DNA of 64,000 nucleotides from Acidimicrobiia bacterium (GCA_038213435.1 JBBQTI010000001.1:56295-120294); one strand, 5' to 3'; positions 1-11,004 are shown, counted from the stretch's first letter. Numbers and translations: made by a program. The notes: generated by a model from the sequence alone, not told the origin.

Positions 1-1
1 C

Positions 2-265
2 GGCTTGGCGATTCTGGCCGATCATGACGAAGGTCGAGAGGAAGATGGCTTCGAGCGACACCACGAGCGTGAGCGTCGGCCACGGGCTCTTCTCGAACAC
101 CAGCATCCAGACCGCGAACAGCACCGCGTGGATGTAGACGAAGTTCATCGAGCCCGCGAACGCGGTGACGGCGTCGGCGACGCGCAACTGGATATCCGAC
201 GCGCGTTTTTCGAGTTGTCTGATGACGACGGGACTGTGCGCGATCGTCGGGTCGAGCTCGGGCAT
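2..265 (-). CDS. DUF1003-family membrane protein (partial, 3' end runs off window)
   Basis: Manual translation from ATG 265: MPELDPTIAHSPVV...RVADAVTAFAGSMNFVYIHAVLFAVWML...PWPTLTLVVSLEAIFLSTFVMIGQNRQA, which is the DUF1003 pattern (FAGSM; LEAIFLSTFVMIGQNR). Confidence 0.85.
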   Translation of the reverse strand, partial: MPELDPTIAHSPVVIRQLEKRASDIQLRVADAVTAFAGSMNFVYIHAVLFAVWMLVFEKSPWPTLTLVVSLEAIFLSTFVMIGQNRQA

Positions 266-370
266 GTCTTCAGCCTCCGGTTCGGGGCGGTTCGCCGAAC
301 GCACAGTCTGCCTGCTGTATGCACGCATTGTGCACAGCCCGCCGACGGGCCCCGAGGACTCGACCGCGTC

Positions 371-396
371 GCGCTGGGTCTCCCGAGACCCCGCGC
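371..396 (-). terminator. GC-rich hairpin immediately after lepA stop (no U-tail)
   Basis: GCGC-T-GGGTCTC-CC-GAGACCC-C-GCGC inverted repeat abutting the stop codon. Confidence 0.35.
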
Positions 397-2180
397 TACT
401 CGTCGAGGCGCAGCGCAGCCACGAAGGCCTCTTGAGGCACCTCGACGCGGCCGATCTGTTTCATCTTCTTCTTGCCCTCCTTCTGGCGTTCGAGCAGCTT
501 TCGCTTGCGCGTGATGTCGCCGCCGTAACACTTCGCGAGCACGTCCTTGCGCTTCGCCTTCACGGTCTCGCGGGCGATGATGCGACCGCCGATCGCCGCC
601 TGAATCGGCACGTCGAAGAGCTGACGCGGGATGAGCTCGCGCAACTTCGACGTCATCTTCTTTCCGTACTCGTACGCCTTGTCGCGGTGCACGATCGCCG
701 AGAACGCGTCGACCGGAGTCGCGTTCAGCAGCACGTCTACCTTTGCGAGGTCCGAGCGGCGGTAGCCGACCGGTTCGTAGTCGAGGCTCGCGTAACCGCG
801 CGTCCTCGACTTCATCTGGTCGAAGAAGTCGAGGACGATCTCCGCGAGCGGCAGCACATAGACGAGCTCGACCCGGTCCTCGGAGAGGTACTCCATCTTC
901 TCCATCTCGCCGCGCCGTTGCTGCGAAAGCTCCATCAAGGTGCCGACGAATTCGGTAGGGGTCAGGATCGTGGTCCGGACGTAGGGCTCCTCGATGGCCT
1001 CGATCTGTTGCGGGGGCGGCATCGACGACGGGTTGTCGACCACCTCGATCGATCCGTCGGTCAGCTCCAAGCGGTACTCGACGTTCGGTGAGCTCGCGAC
1101 GAGCGAGAGGTCGTATTCGCGTTCGAGGCGCTCACGCACGATCTCCATGTGCAGCAACCCGAGAAAGCCGCACCGAAAGCCGAATCCCAGCGCCCCAGAC
1201 GTCTCGGGCTCATAGGTGAAGGAGGAGTCGTTGAGCCGGAGCCGCTCGAGCGCTTCGCGCAGGTCGGCGTACGCATCGCCCTCGACGGGGTACAACCCGC
1301 AGAAGACCATCGGCTTCGGCTCGCGATACCCGGCGAGGGCGTCCGCGCGACGGGCCGCGTCGGTGACCGTCTCGCCGACCTTCGCCTCACCGACGTCCTT
1401 GATCCCCGCGATGAGGTAGCCGACCTCGCCCGGGCCGAGCGCGGCAACCGGTGTCAGCACCGGGAGCCGAACCCCTACCTCCTCGGCGTCGTGGTCCTGC
1501 TTCGCGTTCACGTAGCGAAGGCGTGCCCCGCTGCGGAGCACGCCGTTGAACACGCGCACCGACGAGATCACGCCGCGGTAGGCGTCGTAGTTCGAGTCGA
1601 ACATGAGCGCTTGAAGCGGTGCGTCGGGATCGCCCTTCGGGGCCGGGATGTGCTCGACGACCGCGTCGAGCAGCGCGGGGATGCCCGCGCCGGTCTTGGC
1701 CGAGATGCGCAGCACGTCGGCGGCCGGAATGCCCAGCACCCGTTCGATCTCGTGGGCGCGCTTGTCGGGCTCGGCCGCGGGGAGGTCGATCTTGTTGAGC
1801 GCGGCGACGATCGTGAGGTCGCTCTCCATCGCGAGGTAGCAGTTCGCGAGTGTCTGCGCCTCGATGCCCTGCGACGCGTCGACGAGCAGGATCACGCCTT
1901 CGCACGCAGCGAGAGAGCGGCTGACTTCGTAGCCGAAGTCGACATGGCCCGGCGTGTCGATGAGATTGACGATGTAGCCGTTCCACTCGAGCCGCACGTT
2001 TTGCGCCTTGATTGTTATGCCGCGCTCGCGCTCGAGATCCATCGTGTCGAGGTACTGGGCACGCATATTCCGCGGGTCGACCGCGCCGGTCATCTCCAGG
2101 AGCCGGTCGGCAAGCGTCGACTTCCCGTGGTCGATGTGGGCGATGATACTGAGGCAGCGAATACGGTCGAGCGCGGTCAC
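396..2180 (-). CDS. lepA: Translation elongation factor 4 (LepA)
   Basis: [49 protein letters not shown]-terminal [19 protein letters not shown]; 594 aa. Confidence 0.98.
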   Translation of the reverse strand: MTALDRIRCLSIIAHIDHGKSTLADRLLEMTGAVDPRNMRAQYLDTMDLERERGITIKAQNVRLEWNGYIVNLIDTPGHVDFGYEVSRSLAACEGVILLVDASQGIEAQTLANCYLAMESDLTIVAALNKIDLPAAEPDKRAHEIERVLGIPAADVLRISAKTGAGIPALLDAVVEHIPAPKGDPDAPLQALMFDSNYDAYRGVISSVRVFNGVLRSGARLRYVNAKQDHDAEEVGVRLPVLTPVAALGPGEVGYLIAGIKDVGEAKVGETVTDAARRADALAGYREPKPMVFCGLYPVEGDAYADLREALERLRLNDSSFTYEPETSGALGFGFRCGFLGLLHMEIVRERLEREYDLSLVASSPNVEYRLELTDGSIEVVDNPSSMPPPQQIEAIEEPYVRTTILTPTEFVGTLMELSQQRRGEMEKMEYLSEDRVELVYVLPLAEIVLDFFDQMKSRTRGYASLDYEPVGYRRSDLAKVDVLLNATPVDAFSAIVHRDKAYEYGKKMTSKLRELIPRQLFDVPIQAAIGGRIIARETVKAKRKDVLAKCYGGDITRKRKLLERQKEGKKKMKQIGRVEVPQEAFVAALRLDE

Positions 2181-2236
2181 GATCCGTCTATTGTCGCTTA
2201 TCGCCGTCTCCGTTTCGGTACCCGATACTTTCGGTC

Positions 2237-3062
2237 ATGGCCGGACGCGTGGTCGTGGTCGGGTCGGGTCGGCGAACGTCGATCTCGTATGGCGGAGAGT
2301 GGCTCCCGGCGCCCGGGAGTGACCGTCACCGACGGCGAGTTCGTGCAGGTGCTCGGCGGCAAGGGCGCGAACCAAGCGGCCGCCGCGGCCGCGCTCGGCG
2401 CCGAGGTGCATTTCGTCGGCTGCGTCGGCGACGACGATCACGGTCGCATGGTTCGAGCCGATCTCGAGGCACGGGGTGTCGACTGCGCCGAGCTCGCGGC
2501 CGCCGTGGACGTGCCGACCGGGGTCGCCGTCATCACCGTCGACGCCCGGGGCGAGAACGCGATTGCGGTAGCGCCGGGCGCGAATCGACTGGTTGCGGTC
2601 GACGCCCCCGCCGACGCGTACCGTCGCCCGATCGTCGTCAACGCGCTCGCCTGCAACGCGCCGGTGATCGTGAACCCGGCGCCGCCGCGCGCGGAGTGCG
2701 CGACTGTGTGTGCGGGTGCGGTTCTCACCCCGAACGAGCACGAGTGCGCGCAGCTCGGCGGCGTCGAACGTTTGGTGGCCGGTGCGCCCGCGGTCATCGT
2801 GACGCGCGGTGCCGCGGGTGCGGTCCTGCACCGCGCGGGCCGCGCTCCCCTCGAACAGGCCGCCTTCGCCGTCGACGCGGTCGACACGACGGGCGCGGGT
2901 GATGCCTTCAACGGTGCGGTCGCGTGGGCGATCGGCCGCGGTGAGCGGATCGAGGACGCCCTACGGCTCGCGTGCGCGGCCGGGGCGCTGTCGACCGGTG
3001 CGGTCGGCGCGCGCACGGCACTCCCGACCGCCGACGACGTCTACGCGCTGCTCGGGGCCTGA
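2237..3062 (+). pseudogene. Ribokinase/PfkB-family sugar kinase with clustered 5' frameshifts
   Basis: MAGRVVVVGS (frame of 2237), ANVDLVW (second frame), GEWLPAPG (first frame), then VTVTDGEF..GGKGANQA...DTTGAGDAFNGA (third frame to stop 3062); GGGTC duplicated near 2261-2270. Confidence 0.8.
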
Positions 3063-3130
3063 CCTTCTCCGGTCATGGGGTGGTTCTGCTAGCCTCGCCC
3101 GGTTCACGAGCACCTTCGGAGTTCCTTCGT

Positions 3131-3394
3131 ATGGCCAATATCCCGTCGCAGAAGAAGCGCAACCGTCAGAACGAGAAGCGCCGCGTTCGCAACAAGGGCG
3201 TTCGCTCCGCGCTGAAGACTCGGGTCAAGGCTGCGACCCAGGCCATCACCGACGGCGACGCCGGCGCGAGCGAGCTCGTGCGGGCCGCGCAGAAGCGGAT
3301 CGACATGGCCGGCTCGAAGGGCGTGATCCACAAGAATGCGGCCGCTCGCCGCACGTCGCGCCTCATGAAGCGCGCGGCCAAGTCCGGCTCCTGA
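3131..3394 (+). CDS. rpsT: 30S ribosomal protein S20
   Basis: MANIPSQKKRNRQNEKRRVRNK...KGVIHKNAAARRTSRL; 87 aa. Confidence 0.97.
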   Translation: MANIPSQKKRNRQNEKRRVRNKGVRSALKTRVKAATQAITDGDAGASELVRAAQKRIDMAGSKGVIHKNAAARRTSRLMKRAAKSGS

Positions 3395-3395
3395 G

Positions 3396-4457
3396 CTAAC
3401 GCCGAACCGAACGGCGGCTCAATGCCGCGAGTCGCGCCACGAGCACGTCCATCACCGTTCGGTCGTCGATGCCGCCGGCGCCGCGCAGATCGAGCTCGGC
3501 TCGTGCCAGCAAACCGATCGCGTCGCGCAGCCCGTCGCTACCAAGGCGCTTCGCGGCCTCGAGCGGAAAGCGCGCGCCCGCCGGACTCTTCATCGCGAGC
3601 GCACTGGCGGCGTGCTCCTTGGTCACGATCGACGGATCGTCGAGGCGCAAGAGCCGCTGATAGTGGAAGACAAGTGACGCCATGACCTGCATCGGGTGCA
3701 GCGGCTTTGGCTGCACCGAGCTGCTCGCGGTCAACATCCGGTGCAAGGTCTCGAGCGCCGAGCCGACATCGCCGCGATCGATCGCATTGGTGAGGTCGAA
3801 ACGGCCCGCGGTACCCAACTCGCCGAGATACTGCTCGACCTCGTCGAGCGACAACGACGCGTTGTCGCCGTAGGTGGCGTGCAGCAGCTCGACCAGCTCG
3901 GGAACCCGGCCCGCGTCGTCGCCTAGGTGCGCCGCGATCTGCTTCGTCGCGTCGGGCGCGAGGTTCAGGTGCGCGTCGTGGAACTCGCGCTGCAACACGT
4001 CGGCCGTCTGATCAGCTGCGGGCCCGATGACCCGTGCCTTCGCCTTGCACGCCTTGTCGAGCGCGCCCGGCGTCCGTCCTCCGCCCGCGACGAGCACCAG
4101 GTGGACGCCCTCGAGGGGGTCGTCGATCCACGACGCGAGCCACTGCGCCTGTTCGGTCGTGGAGTTGCCGATCTCGCGCACGACGACGACGCGCACGGGA
4201 GTCATGAAGGGTGGGCTCTGCAGCGCGGTGGCGAGCGCGGCGAACGCGGGGAGTTCGGTAGAACCCTCGGATGCCCGCGAATCGTCGTCGTCCTGATCGA
4301 TATCGGCCGCGCTCTCCCCCGCCCGCCGGCGGCTCGCGAGCGTGTGATCGTCGAGCGCGAACGAACGCTCCTCGCCGCCGAGCAGCTCGTCGACGAGACG
4401 CTGTACCTCACGATCGCGAAAGACCGGATCGGCGCCCTGGACGAGAACGGTGCTCAC
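3396..4457 (-). CDS. holA: DNA polymerase III delta subunit
   Basis: LQSPPFMTPVRVVVVRE, FDLTNAI, ELDLRG; conserved position between comEC and rpsT; GTG start overlaps upstream stop (GTGA). Confidence 0.85.
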   Translation of the reverse strand: MSTVLVQGADPVFRDREVQRLVDELLGGEERSFALDDHTLASRRRAGESAADIDQDDDDSRASEGSTELPAFAALATALQSPPFMTPVRVVVVREIGNSTTEQAQWLASWIDDPLEGVHLVLVAGGGRTPGALDKACKAKARVIGPAADQTADVLQREFHDAHLNLAPDATKQIAAHLGDDAGRVPELVELLHATYGDNASLSLDEVEQYLGELGTAGRFDLTNAIDRGDVGSALETLHRMLTASSSVQPKPLHPMQVMASLVFHYQRLLRLDDPSIVTKEHAASALAMKSPAGARFPLEAAKRLGSDGLRDAIGLLARAELDLRGAGGIDDRTVMDVLVARLAALSRRSVRR

Positions 4458-5293
4458 AGCAGGGCCTCGATCGTTCGACAGACCCGAGCGGTGCCCCGGA
4501 CGTCGTGGACACGCACGACGCGACACCCCTGCATGACGGCGTAGGCGGCCGCCGCGAGCGACTCCGGGCGGCGGTCGTCCACGTCGCGCGCGAGCAGCTC
4601 GCCGATGAAGCGCTTGTTCGACGCGGACAGCAGGAGCGGGTACCCGAGCGTCGCGTGCTGCGCGCTCTCGCGCAGGAGGACCGCGCTCTGGGCCGGGGTC
4701 TTGCCGAGGTCGAGTCCGGCGTCGAGGACGATCTGCTCGGGTCGGAGGCCCACCGACTCCGCGCGCCGCGCCCGCTCCTGCAGGAATTCGGTGACGTCGG
4801 CGACGAGATCGTCGTAGTGGGGGTCCGGGTCGGGGACGCGCGGCCGCAAGCGGATGTGCGTCGCAACGACGGTGACGTCGTGCTTCGCGGCCACCCGTAG
4901 GTAGTCGGGGTCGTCGAAGCCGGAGATGTCGTTACCCATGACCGCACCGACCCCGCACGCGGCATCGAGCACAGACGCGCGCCACGTGTCGACGGAGATG
5001 GGCACGTCGAACCGCGCCCGCAGCGTCTCCACCGCGGGGACCACGCGGTCGAGCTCCTCGTTCTCGTCGACCTCCGGACCGGGCCCCGCCTTCACCCCGC
5101 CGATGTCGAGCACATCGGCACCATCGACGACGAGCTGTTCCGCCCGACGCACGAACGCGTCGAAGTCCCAGGTCGCACCCCGGTCGTAGAAGGAATCGGG
5201 GGTGCGGTTCAGGATCCCCATGACCGCGACCCGGTGACGCACGTCGACTGCGCGATCACCCAGCCGCAGGGTCGGGAACGGCTCGACGGGCAC
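4454..5293 (-). CDS. folP: Dihydropteroate synthase-like protein, FolP2 type
   Basis: NRTPDSFYD, DIGGVKAGPG, ISVDTWRA, LDAGLDLGK, SNKRFIG, VRVHDV. Confidence 0.9.
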   Translation of the reverse strand: MPVEPFPTLRLGDRAVDVRHRVAVMGILNRTPDSFYDRGATWDFDAFVRRAEQLVVDGADVLDIGGVKAGPGPEVDENEELDRVVPAVETLRARFDVPISVDTWRASVLDAACGVGAVMGNDISGFDDPDYLRVAAKHDVTVVATHIRLRPRVPDPDPHYDDLVADVTEFLQERARRAESVGLRPEQIVLDAGLDLGKTPAQSAVLLRESAQHATLGYPLLLSASNKRFIGELLARDVDDRRPESLAAAAYAVMQGCRVVRVHDVRGTARVCRTIEALL

Positions 5294-6692
5294 GGATGCA
5301 GGCTACTGAGGCGCCCGCAGCCACCAGGGAGGCGAGGCCGAGCGCGCCGCGCCCGTCGATGGAGAACGGGACCGCGGCCCCCGCGCGCGCGACGGCACTG
5401 ATCCACGCGACGAGCAACGCGGACGGTTGCTGCAGGAGCGGTCCGAGTCGCGGCGCGAATCCGGCGACCACCGACGCGAAGAAGCCGTATACGCCGAGCG
5501 CTGCGGCGGCGGGAGCGGCGGCAAGGTTGGCGACGGGCGTGATCAGCGGAAAGGTCCCGAACACCCACAGCAACACCGGGAGGACGCCGAGCTGGGCGCC
5601 GATCGAGACCGCGAACGGCTCGCGCACGACGCGTGGGCCCGGCAGGCGGGAGCCGATGGGCCGGGCGAAGAGGCCGATGCCGGCGCTGGCACCGCACGAA
5701 AGCGCGAACCCGACGGAGTGCACGAGGAACGGATCGGCCAGGAGAAGCGCGACCACCGCGTAGGCGAGCACGCGCATGGTCGACGCCGGACGACCGCCGA
5801 GAGTTGCGACCAGCGCGATCGCGGCCATCGCCGACGCGCGCAATACCGACGGCTCGAACCGGGTCATCGCGGCGAACACGGCCACGATCGCGAGCGCGGT
5901 ACCGGTACGCGCCACGAGCCGGAGACGCCGCAGCAAAGGCGCGGCCAGCGCCATCACGAACGCGACGTTCTCGCCCGAAACCGCCAGCAGGTGCGAGAGG
6001 CCCGAGTCGCGGTATGCGTTGATGACCGGCGGCGGGATTCCTCGGGTGTCGCCGAGCAAGAAGCCGGCGACGAGCGCGCGCGGCGTCGGCGCGAGAGATC
6101 GCGTGCCCCGCAGCAGCACGGCGCGTATCGAGTTCGCCACCGCGAGCAGGCCGTGGGGCGCGGACAGCTCTACGACGCGGACCCCGTCGAGCCGGCCCAC
6201 CGCGTGGCGCCAGCGGGCCCGATCGTCGTACGCGCCTCCGCCCAGTGGTGCGAACCTGCCCTCGAGCACGACGTGGTCACCCGCCTCGATCACCCGCAAC
6301 GCCGCGACGTCGTCGCCCGTCGCCCGGGCGAGAAGGGTGCGATGGGCGCCGTGCCCGGCCTCGACCCGAATCAACACGCTTGCCTCGTAGGTGGGACCGC
6401 TGGCGTCGCTCGTCGCCTCCCCGCGGATCGTCATCGGTTCGCGGCGCTCGATCGCGGCCTGGAACGGCGAGCGCGCTTGGCCGTCGAGGGCACGGCCCAT
6501 CACCGCGCATCCGAGCAGCGCGCACGCGATCGCGGCCAGGAGGCCACGCAGCGGTGGGCGGGTGAACCACGCGGCGCCGAGCGCGCCCGCGCCGACGATC
6601 AATACCCCGTTCGCCACGGCAATGCCCGCTCGCTCGCCCGCGACGATGCCGGCGATCAGCGCGCCGACGAGGAAGAAGGGGCCGAGCTCCAC
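5256..6692 (-). CDS. comEC: ComEC/Rec2 competence protein (membrane competence domain, no C-terminal beta-lactamase-like domain)
   Basis: GLSHLLAVSGENV, PSVLRASAM, GFALSCGA, PVANL; directly downstream of comEA. Confidence 0.9.
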   Translation of the reverse strand: MELGPFFLVGALIAGIVAGERAGIAVANGVLIVGAGALGAAWFTRPPLRGLLAAIACALLGCAVMGRALDGQARSPFQAAIERREPMTIRGEATSDASGPTYEASVLIRVEAGHGAHRTLLARATGDDVAALRVIEAGDHVVLEGRFAPLGGGAYDDRARWRHAVGRLDGVRVVELSAPHGLLAVANSIRAVLLRGTRSLAPTPRALVAGFLLGDTRGIPPPVINAYRDSGLSHLLAVSGENVAFVMALAAPLLRRLRLVARTGTALAIVAVFAAMTRFEPSVLRASAMAAIALVATLGGRPASTMRVLAYAVVALLLADPFLVHSVGFALSCGASAGIGLFARPIGSRLPGPRVVREPFAVSIGAQLGVLPVLLWVFGTFPLITPVANLAAAPAAAALGVYGFFASVVAGFAPRLGPLLQQPSALLVAWISAVARAGAAVPFSIDGRGALGLASLVAAGASVACIRARRAVPDPAAG

Positions 6693-6693
6693 G

Positions 6694-7452
6694 TCAGACC
6701 GTTACGAGCCCGCGCAACTGCTCGAGCTTGGAATCGCCGATGCCGCGTACGCGGCCGAGGTCGTTGACGGACCGGAACGGGCCGTGCGCCTCGCGGTCCT
6801 TGATGATCGTCGCCGCGGTCGCGGGACCGATACCCGGAAGGACGTCGAGTTGTTGCGCGTTGGCAGTGTTGAGATTCACCGGTGTGCCGGCCGACAGCGC
6901 GCTTTCGCTCCCGGGCGAGGGCGCGCCGCTCACGGCCGCCGGGTCGACGCCGGGCACAGGTGCGCCGACGCGGGGCACCGCGACCCGTGAGCCGTCGGCC
7001 AGTGCGGCAGCCAGATTGAGACGGGTGAGATCCGCCTCGGGCGTCGAACCACCGGCCGCGTCGATCGCGTCGACGACGCGCGCGCCGGCCGTCAGGCGCA
7101 CGACCCCACCGCGGCGTACCGCCCCGACCACGTCGACCACGATCACCGCGGCTGGACGCGTGGTGGTCGTGCCGGTCGCCGGCGCGGCGTTCGGGCGCGC
7201 GGCCGCGGCCGGTCGGGGCACGGCAGACGACGATTTCGCGGTCGCGCCGGCGCGGAACCACGCGACGGCCGACGCGACTGCGACGCAACCGAGCAGCGCA
7301 GCCGCAACGCTACGATCGCCGCGCCACTCGTGCCAGCGCGCCGCCCATTGCGCGCGCGGCGCTTCCCCCAAGGGACGCGGAATTTCCTCCCCCAAGACGA
7401 CCTCCGGGCGCGCGACGACCAGCGAGGGAAGCGCGGGAGGAGCTGGGTTCAC
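6694..7452 (-). CDS. comEA: ComEA DNA-uptake protein (TM + SLBB + helix-hairpin-helix)
   Basis: VDVVGAVRRGGVVRL..GARVVDAIDAAGG, VNLNTANAQQLDVLPGIGPATA, GPFRSVNDLGRVRGIG; GTG 7452 preceded by GGAG. Confidence 0.9.
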   Translation of the reverse strand: MNPAPPALPSLVVARPEVVLGEEIPRPLGEAPRAQWAARWHEWRGDRSVAAALLGCVAVASAVAWFRAGATAKSSSAVPRPAAAARPNAAPATGTTTTRPAAVIVVDVVGAVRRGGVVRLTAGARVVDAIDAAGGSTPEADLTRLNLAAALADGSRVAVPRVGAPVPGVDPAAVSGAPSPGSESALSAGTPVNLNTANAQQLDVLPGIGPATAATIIKDREAHGPFRSVNDLGRVRGIGDSKLEQLRGLVTV

Positions 7453-7502
7453 GCTATCTCCCGGGTGCGCCAACGCAAAGGATGACGACGAAGAAGACGG
7501 CG

Positions 7503-10448
7503 TCAGGCGACGACGAAGTTCACGATCTTGCCGGGAACGACCCTGAGCTGGCGGACGGTCGCGCCCGTCAACAGCTCGGCGATCCGAGGTTCGGCGCGGG
7601 CCGCGGCTTCGTGCGCGGCCGCGTCGGCCCCTACCGGAATCTCCACCCGGGCCCGGACCTTCCCGTTGATCTGTACGGGCACCTCGACGCGCTCCTCGAC
7701 CAGCCACCGCGCATCGGGCCGCGGAAAAGTTTCGTACGTGATGGTGTCGTCATGGCCGAGTCGCGCCCACAACTCCTCCGCGACATGCGGTGCGAGGGGG
7801 GCGACCATCAACGCCAGCGGCCCCGCGACCTCGCGCGGCAGGGCACCTGCGCCCTGCACGACCGTCGTCAGGTGGTTGTTCAGCTCGAACAGACGGGCGA
7901 TTGCGGTGTTGAAGCTCAGCGCGGCCATATCGACGCGCACCGCGTCGATGGTGCGGTGCAACAGGCGCCGGGTCTCCTCGTCGGCCGGGTCGTCGGAGAC
8001 GCGGGACGCGCCCGTGTTCTCGTCGACGAAGTTGCGCCACAGCCGTTGCAGGAAGCGGTGCACGCCGACGATGTCGGCAGTGCTCCACGGCCGCTCCTTG
8101 TCGAGTGGGCCCATGAACATCTCGTAGAGACGGAGCGTGTCGGCGCCGTAGTCGCGGTAGAGGTCGTCGGGTGCGACGGCGTTGCGCAGGCTCTTGCCCA
8201 TCTTGCCGAACTCGCGGGTCACGGGTTCGCCTTCGAAGAAGTGCCGGCCGTCACGCTCCTCCACGCGCGCCGCGTCGACGTACGCGCCTCGCTCGTCGAC
8301 GTAGGCGGCCGCGAGGATGTAGCCCTGGTTGACGAGCCGCTGGAACGGCTCCATCGTCGAGACATGGCCGAGGTCGAACAGCACCTTGTGCCAGAAGCGC
8401 GCGTACAGGAGGTGCAGCACCGCGTGCTCGACGCCGCCGACGTACAGGTCGACGAGGCCGACCTTCGGCGAACCGTCGAGGCGCGTGCCTTCCGCCCACG
8501 CGCGTTCCACTTCGAGGTCGACCATCGCGTCTTCGTTGGTCGGGTCGAGGTAGCGCAGGTAGTACCAGCACGAGCCCGCCCACTGCGGCATCGTGTTGGT
8601 CTCACGCAGGTAGGTGCGCGGCCCGTCGCCGTGACCGGCCCAGGCGGGGCCGGGCAGGTCGAGCTCGACCTCCACCCAGTCGCCCGCGCGCGCAAGCGGC
8701 GGCTCGGGCAGCGCGTCGGGATCATCGGATGTGACCGGTTCGAAGTCGGCAACGTCGGGGAGCACGACCGGCAGCATCGACTCGGGCAACGCGATCGGAC
8801 CCGCTTCGTCGTACACGATCGGGAACGGCTCGCCCCAGTACCGCTGCCGGCTGAAGAGCCAGTCGCGCAACTTGTAGGTAACCGCCGGGCGGCCGAGTTC
8901 CGAACGCTCCAGCCACTCGGAGATGACGCGCTTGGCGTCCTCGACGCGCAGCCCGTCGATCGAAACCTCCGCGTTTGCGGAGCTCTGTACGACACCGTCG
9001 CCGACGTAGGCGTCGGGCCAGGTCGTCGCGTCGCTCGGGCCCGCGTCGTGCTCGGCGAGCCATTCGTCGGCCGGGCGGATCACGGGCACGATCGGCAGCT
9101 CGAACTCACGCGCGAACTCGAAGTCGCGCTGGTCGTGCGCGGGCACCGCCATGATGGCCCCGGTGCCGTAACCCATGAGCACGTAGTCGGCGATGAAGAT
9201 CGGGATGCGCGCGCCGTTCGTCGGGTTGATCGCGAAGGCGCCGATGAACACACCCGTCTTCTCCCGGGTCTCCGTCTGTCGTTCGAGATCGGTCTTTGCG
9301 GCCGCGAAGTCGCGATATCGGCTGACGGCATCCGGCGGGGGGTCGGTTGCGCCGAACAGACCCTTCCACGCGTCGAGTGGGTTGCTCGCGAAGTCGTTCG
9401 CCAGCTCGTCGTCGGGCCACTGGTTCGTGGTAATGACGTCGACGAGCGGGTGCTCGGGCGCGAGCACCATGTACGTCGCGCCGAAAAGGGTGTCGGGCCG
9501 CGTCGTGAACACCTCGATGTCGAGGTCGTCGTGGCCCTCGACGGGGAACCGAACCGATGCGCCCGTCGAGCGGCCGATCCAATTCCGCTGCATTACCTTG
9601 ATCGACTCCGACCATTCGAGCGATCCGAGATCGTCGAGGAGACGGTCGGCGTAGGCGGTGATGCGCAGCATCCACTGCCTCAACGGACGGCGGTACACCG
9701 GGAAGCTCCCGCGTTCACTGCGTCCGTCGCCGGTGACCTCCTCGTTCGCGAGCACCGTGCCGAGCGCCGGACACCAGTTCACCGGTGCGTAGGCCTCGTA
9801 CGCGAGCCGGTAGGAATCGACGAGGCGCCGTTGCTCGAGCGGGTCGAGCTCGTCGAAGGGAACGTCGTCCGGGGTCGGGAAGCGGCCGGACCGCAGCTCC
9901 TGCACGAGCGTGGCGATCGGTCGCGCGCGCTGGGCATCTTCGTCGTACCAGGAGTCGTAGATCTGCAGGAAGATCCACTGCGTCCACCGGTAGTACTGCA
10001 CGTCGGTCGTCGCCGGGCCGCGCCGCGGATCGTGACCGAGGCCGAGCGCCCGCAGCTGACGCTTGTAGGTGGCGATGTTCTGCTCGGTCGTCGCGCGCGG
10101 GTGGGTGCCGGTCTGCACCGCGTACTGCTCCGCGGGGAGACCGAACGCGTCGTAACCCATCGCGTGCAGGACGTTGTATCCGTTCATGCGTTGGAAGCGC
10201 GCGTACACGTCGGTGGCGATGTAACCGAGCGGATGACCGACATGCAGCCCGGTACCGCTCGGGTAAGGGAACATGTCGAGCACGAACAGGTGCGGGCGGT
10301 CGGCGATATGGCGCGGGTCCTCGCTCAGAAGTCCGGTTCGATTGGGCGTGTAGAAGACGTGTTGTTCTTCCCAGCGGTCCTGCCACTTGCGCTCGATCTC
10401 GTTGGCGAGCGCGGCGGTGTAGCGCTGCGGCGGCGCTTCATCGGCCAT
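7503..10448 (-). CDS. leuS: Leucine--tRNA ligase
   Basis: [53 protein letters not shown]. Confidence 0.98.
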   Translation of the reverse strand: MADEAPPQRYTAALANEIERKWQDRWEEQHVFYTPNRTGLLSEDPRHIADRPHLFVLDMFPYPSGTGLHVGHPLGYIATDVYARFQRMNGYNVLHAMGYDAFGLPAEQYAVQTGTHPRATTEQNIATYKRQLRALGLGHDPRRGPATTDVQYYRWTQWIFLQIYDSWYDEDAQRARPIATLVQELRSGRFPTPDDVPFDELDPLEQRRLVDSYRLAYEAYAPVNWCPALGTVLANEEVTGDGRSERGSFPVYRRPLRQWMLRITAYADRLLDDLGSLEWSESIKVMQRNWIGRSTGASVRFPVEGHDDLDIEVFTTRPDTLFGATYMVLAPEHPLVDVITTNQWPDDELANDFASNPLDAWKGLFGATDPPPDAVSRYRDFAAAKTDLERQTETREKTGVFIGAFAINPTNGARIPIFIADYVLMGYGTGAIMAVPAHDQRDFEFAREFELPIVPVIRPADEWLAEHDAGPSDATTWPDAYVGDGVVQSSANAEVSIDGLRVEDAKRVISEWLERSELGRPAVTYKLRDWLFSRQRYWGEPFPIVYDEAGPIALPESMLPVVLPDVADFEPVTSDDPDALPEPPLARAGDWVEVELDLPGPAWAGHGDGPRTYLRETNTMPQWAGSCWYYLRYLDPTNEDAMVDLEVERAWAEGTRLDGSPKVGLVDLYVGGVEHAVLHLLYARFWHKVLFDLGHVSTMEPFQRLVNQGYILAAAYVDERGAYVDAARVEERDGRHFFEGEPVTREFGKMGKSLRNAVAPDDLYRDYGADTLRLYEMFMGPLDKERPWSTADIVGVHRFLQRLWRNFVDENTGASRVSDDPADEETRRLLHRTIDAVRVDMAALSFNTAIARLFELNNHLTTVVQGAGALPREVAGPLALMVAPLAPHVAEELWARLGHDDTITYETFPRPDARWLVEERVEVPVQINGKVRARVEIPVGADAAAHEAAARAEPRIAELLTGATVRQLRVVPGKIVNFVVA

Positions 10449-10507
10449 ATCGGGCGAGGCTACCGGCCCAAGGGTGCCCGACCCGGCTGGTATCGTGGCC
10501 GACCCAC

Positions 10508-10580
<73 letters not shown>

Positions 10581-10667
10581 CAAGTACCCGAGAATCCCGC
10601 GTTGCTAGAGGTCAGAGCACGTTTTCGATGTCCGATCGCTCGAAGACCTGATCGCGCTTGTGCAAAC

Positions 10668-10720
10668 TGTCAGCGACGGTTGAATACTGACCCCTTATCG
10701 ACGGTCGAGAACTGACCCCC
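10668..10720. mobile_element. Orphan IS21-family-like terminal inverted repeat
   Basis: Starts TGTCAGCG followed by two ~21-bp direct repeats at 25-bp pitch: CGACGGTTGAATACTGACCCC (10674-10694) and CGACGGTCGAGAACTGACCCC (10699-10719); no istA/istB ORF nearby. Confidence 0.7.
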
Positions 10721-10978
10721 TTGCTTGAGGGTCCACCACAGAACGTGTGGATCATCGAACGCAGACATTGTCCAAAGGCGATCACCAGGCGGGACGGCAC
10801 GCTGCCTCAGTCGACGACCACCCAAGCCAATCGGCGCGCACGCGAACCCGTTTCGGTTGCCCGCTCTGGGTTGTGCGACCCGTCGAGAGACGGATCGCCG
10901 CACCACCCGACTGTGCTCTATCGCCTGGGCAGATGCGGTTGCCGATGGTCCGGCACACACGACGGCCAGGTCGACGTA

Positions 10979-11004
10979 TCCCATAACAACGTCCCATAAC
11001 AACG
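10979..11004. repeat. Perfect 13-bp tandem duplication
   Basis: TCCCATAACAACG x2. Confidence 0.9.

Noticed and set aside
10449-10507. T-box or attenuator upstream of leuS (also valS, 48643-48725)
   Set aside because: The spacers are too short and a -10 hexamer sits directly before each start codon; no T-box motif.
10721-10999. Possible degenerate istA N-terminus (VWIIERRHCPKAITRR)
   Set aside because: The resemblance is limited to a few residues, with no DDE domain or downstream similarity.
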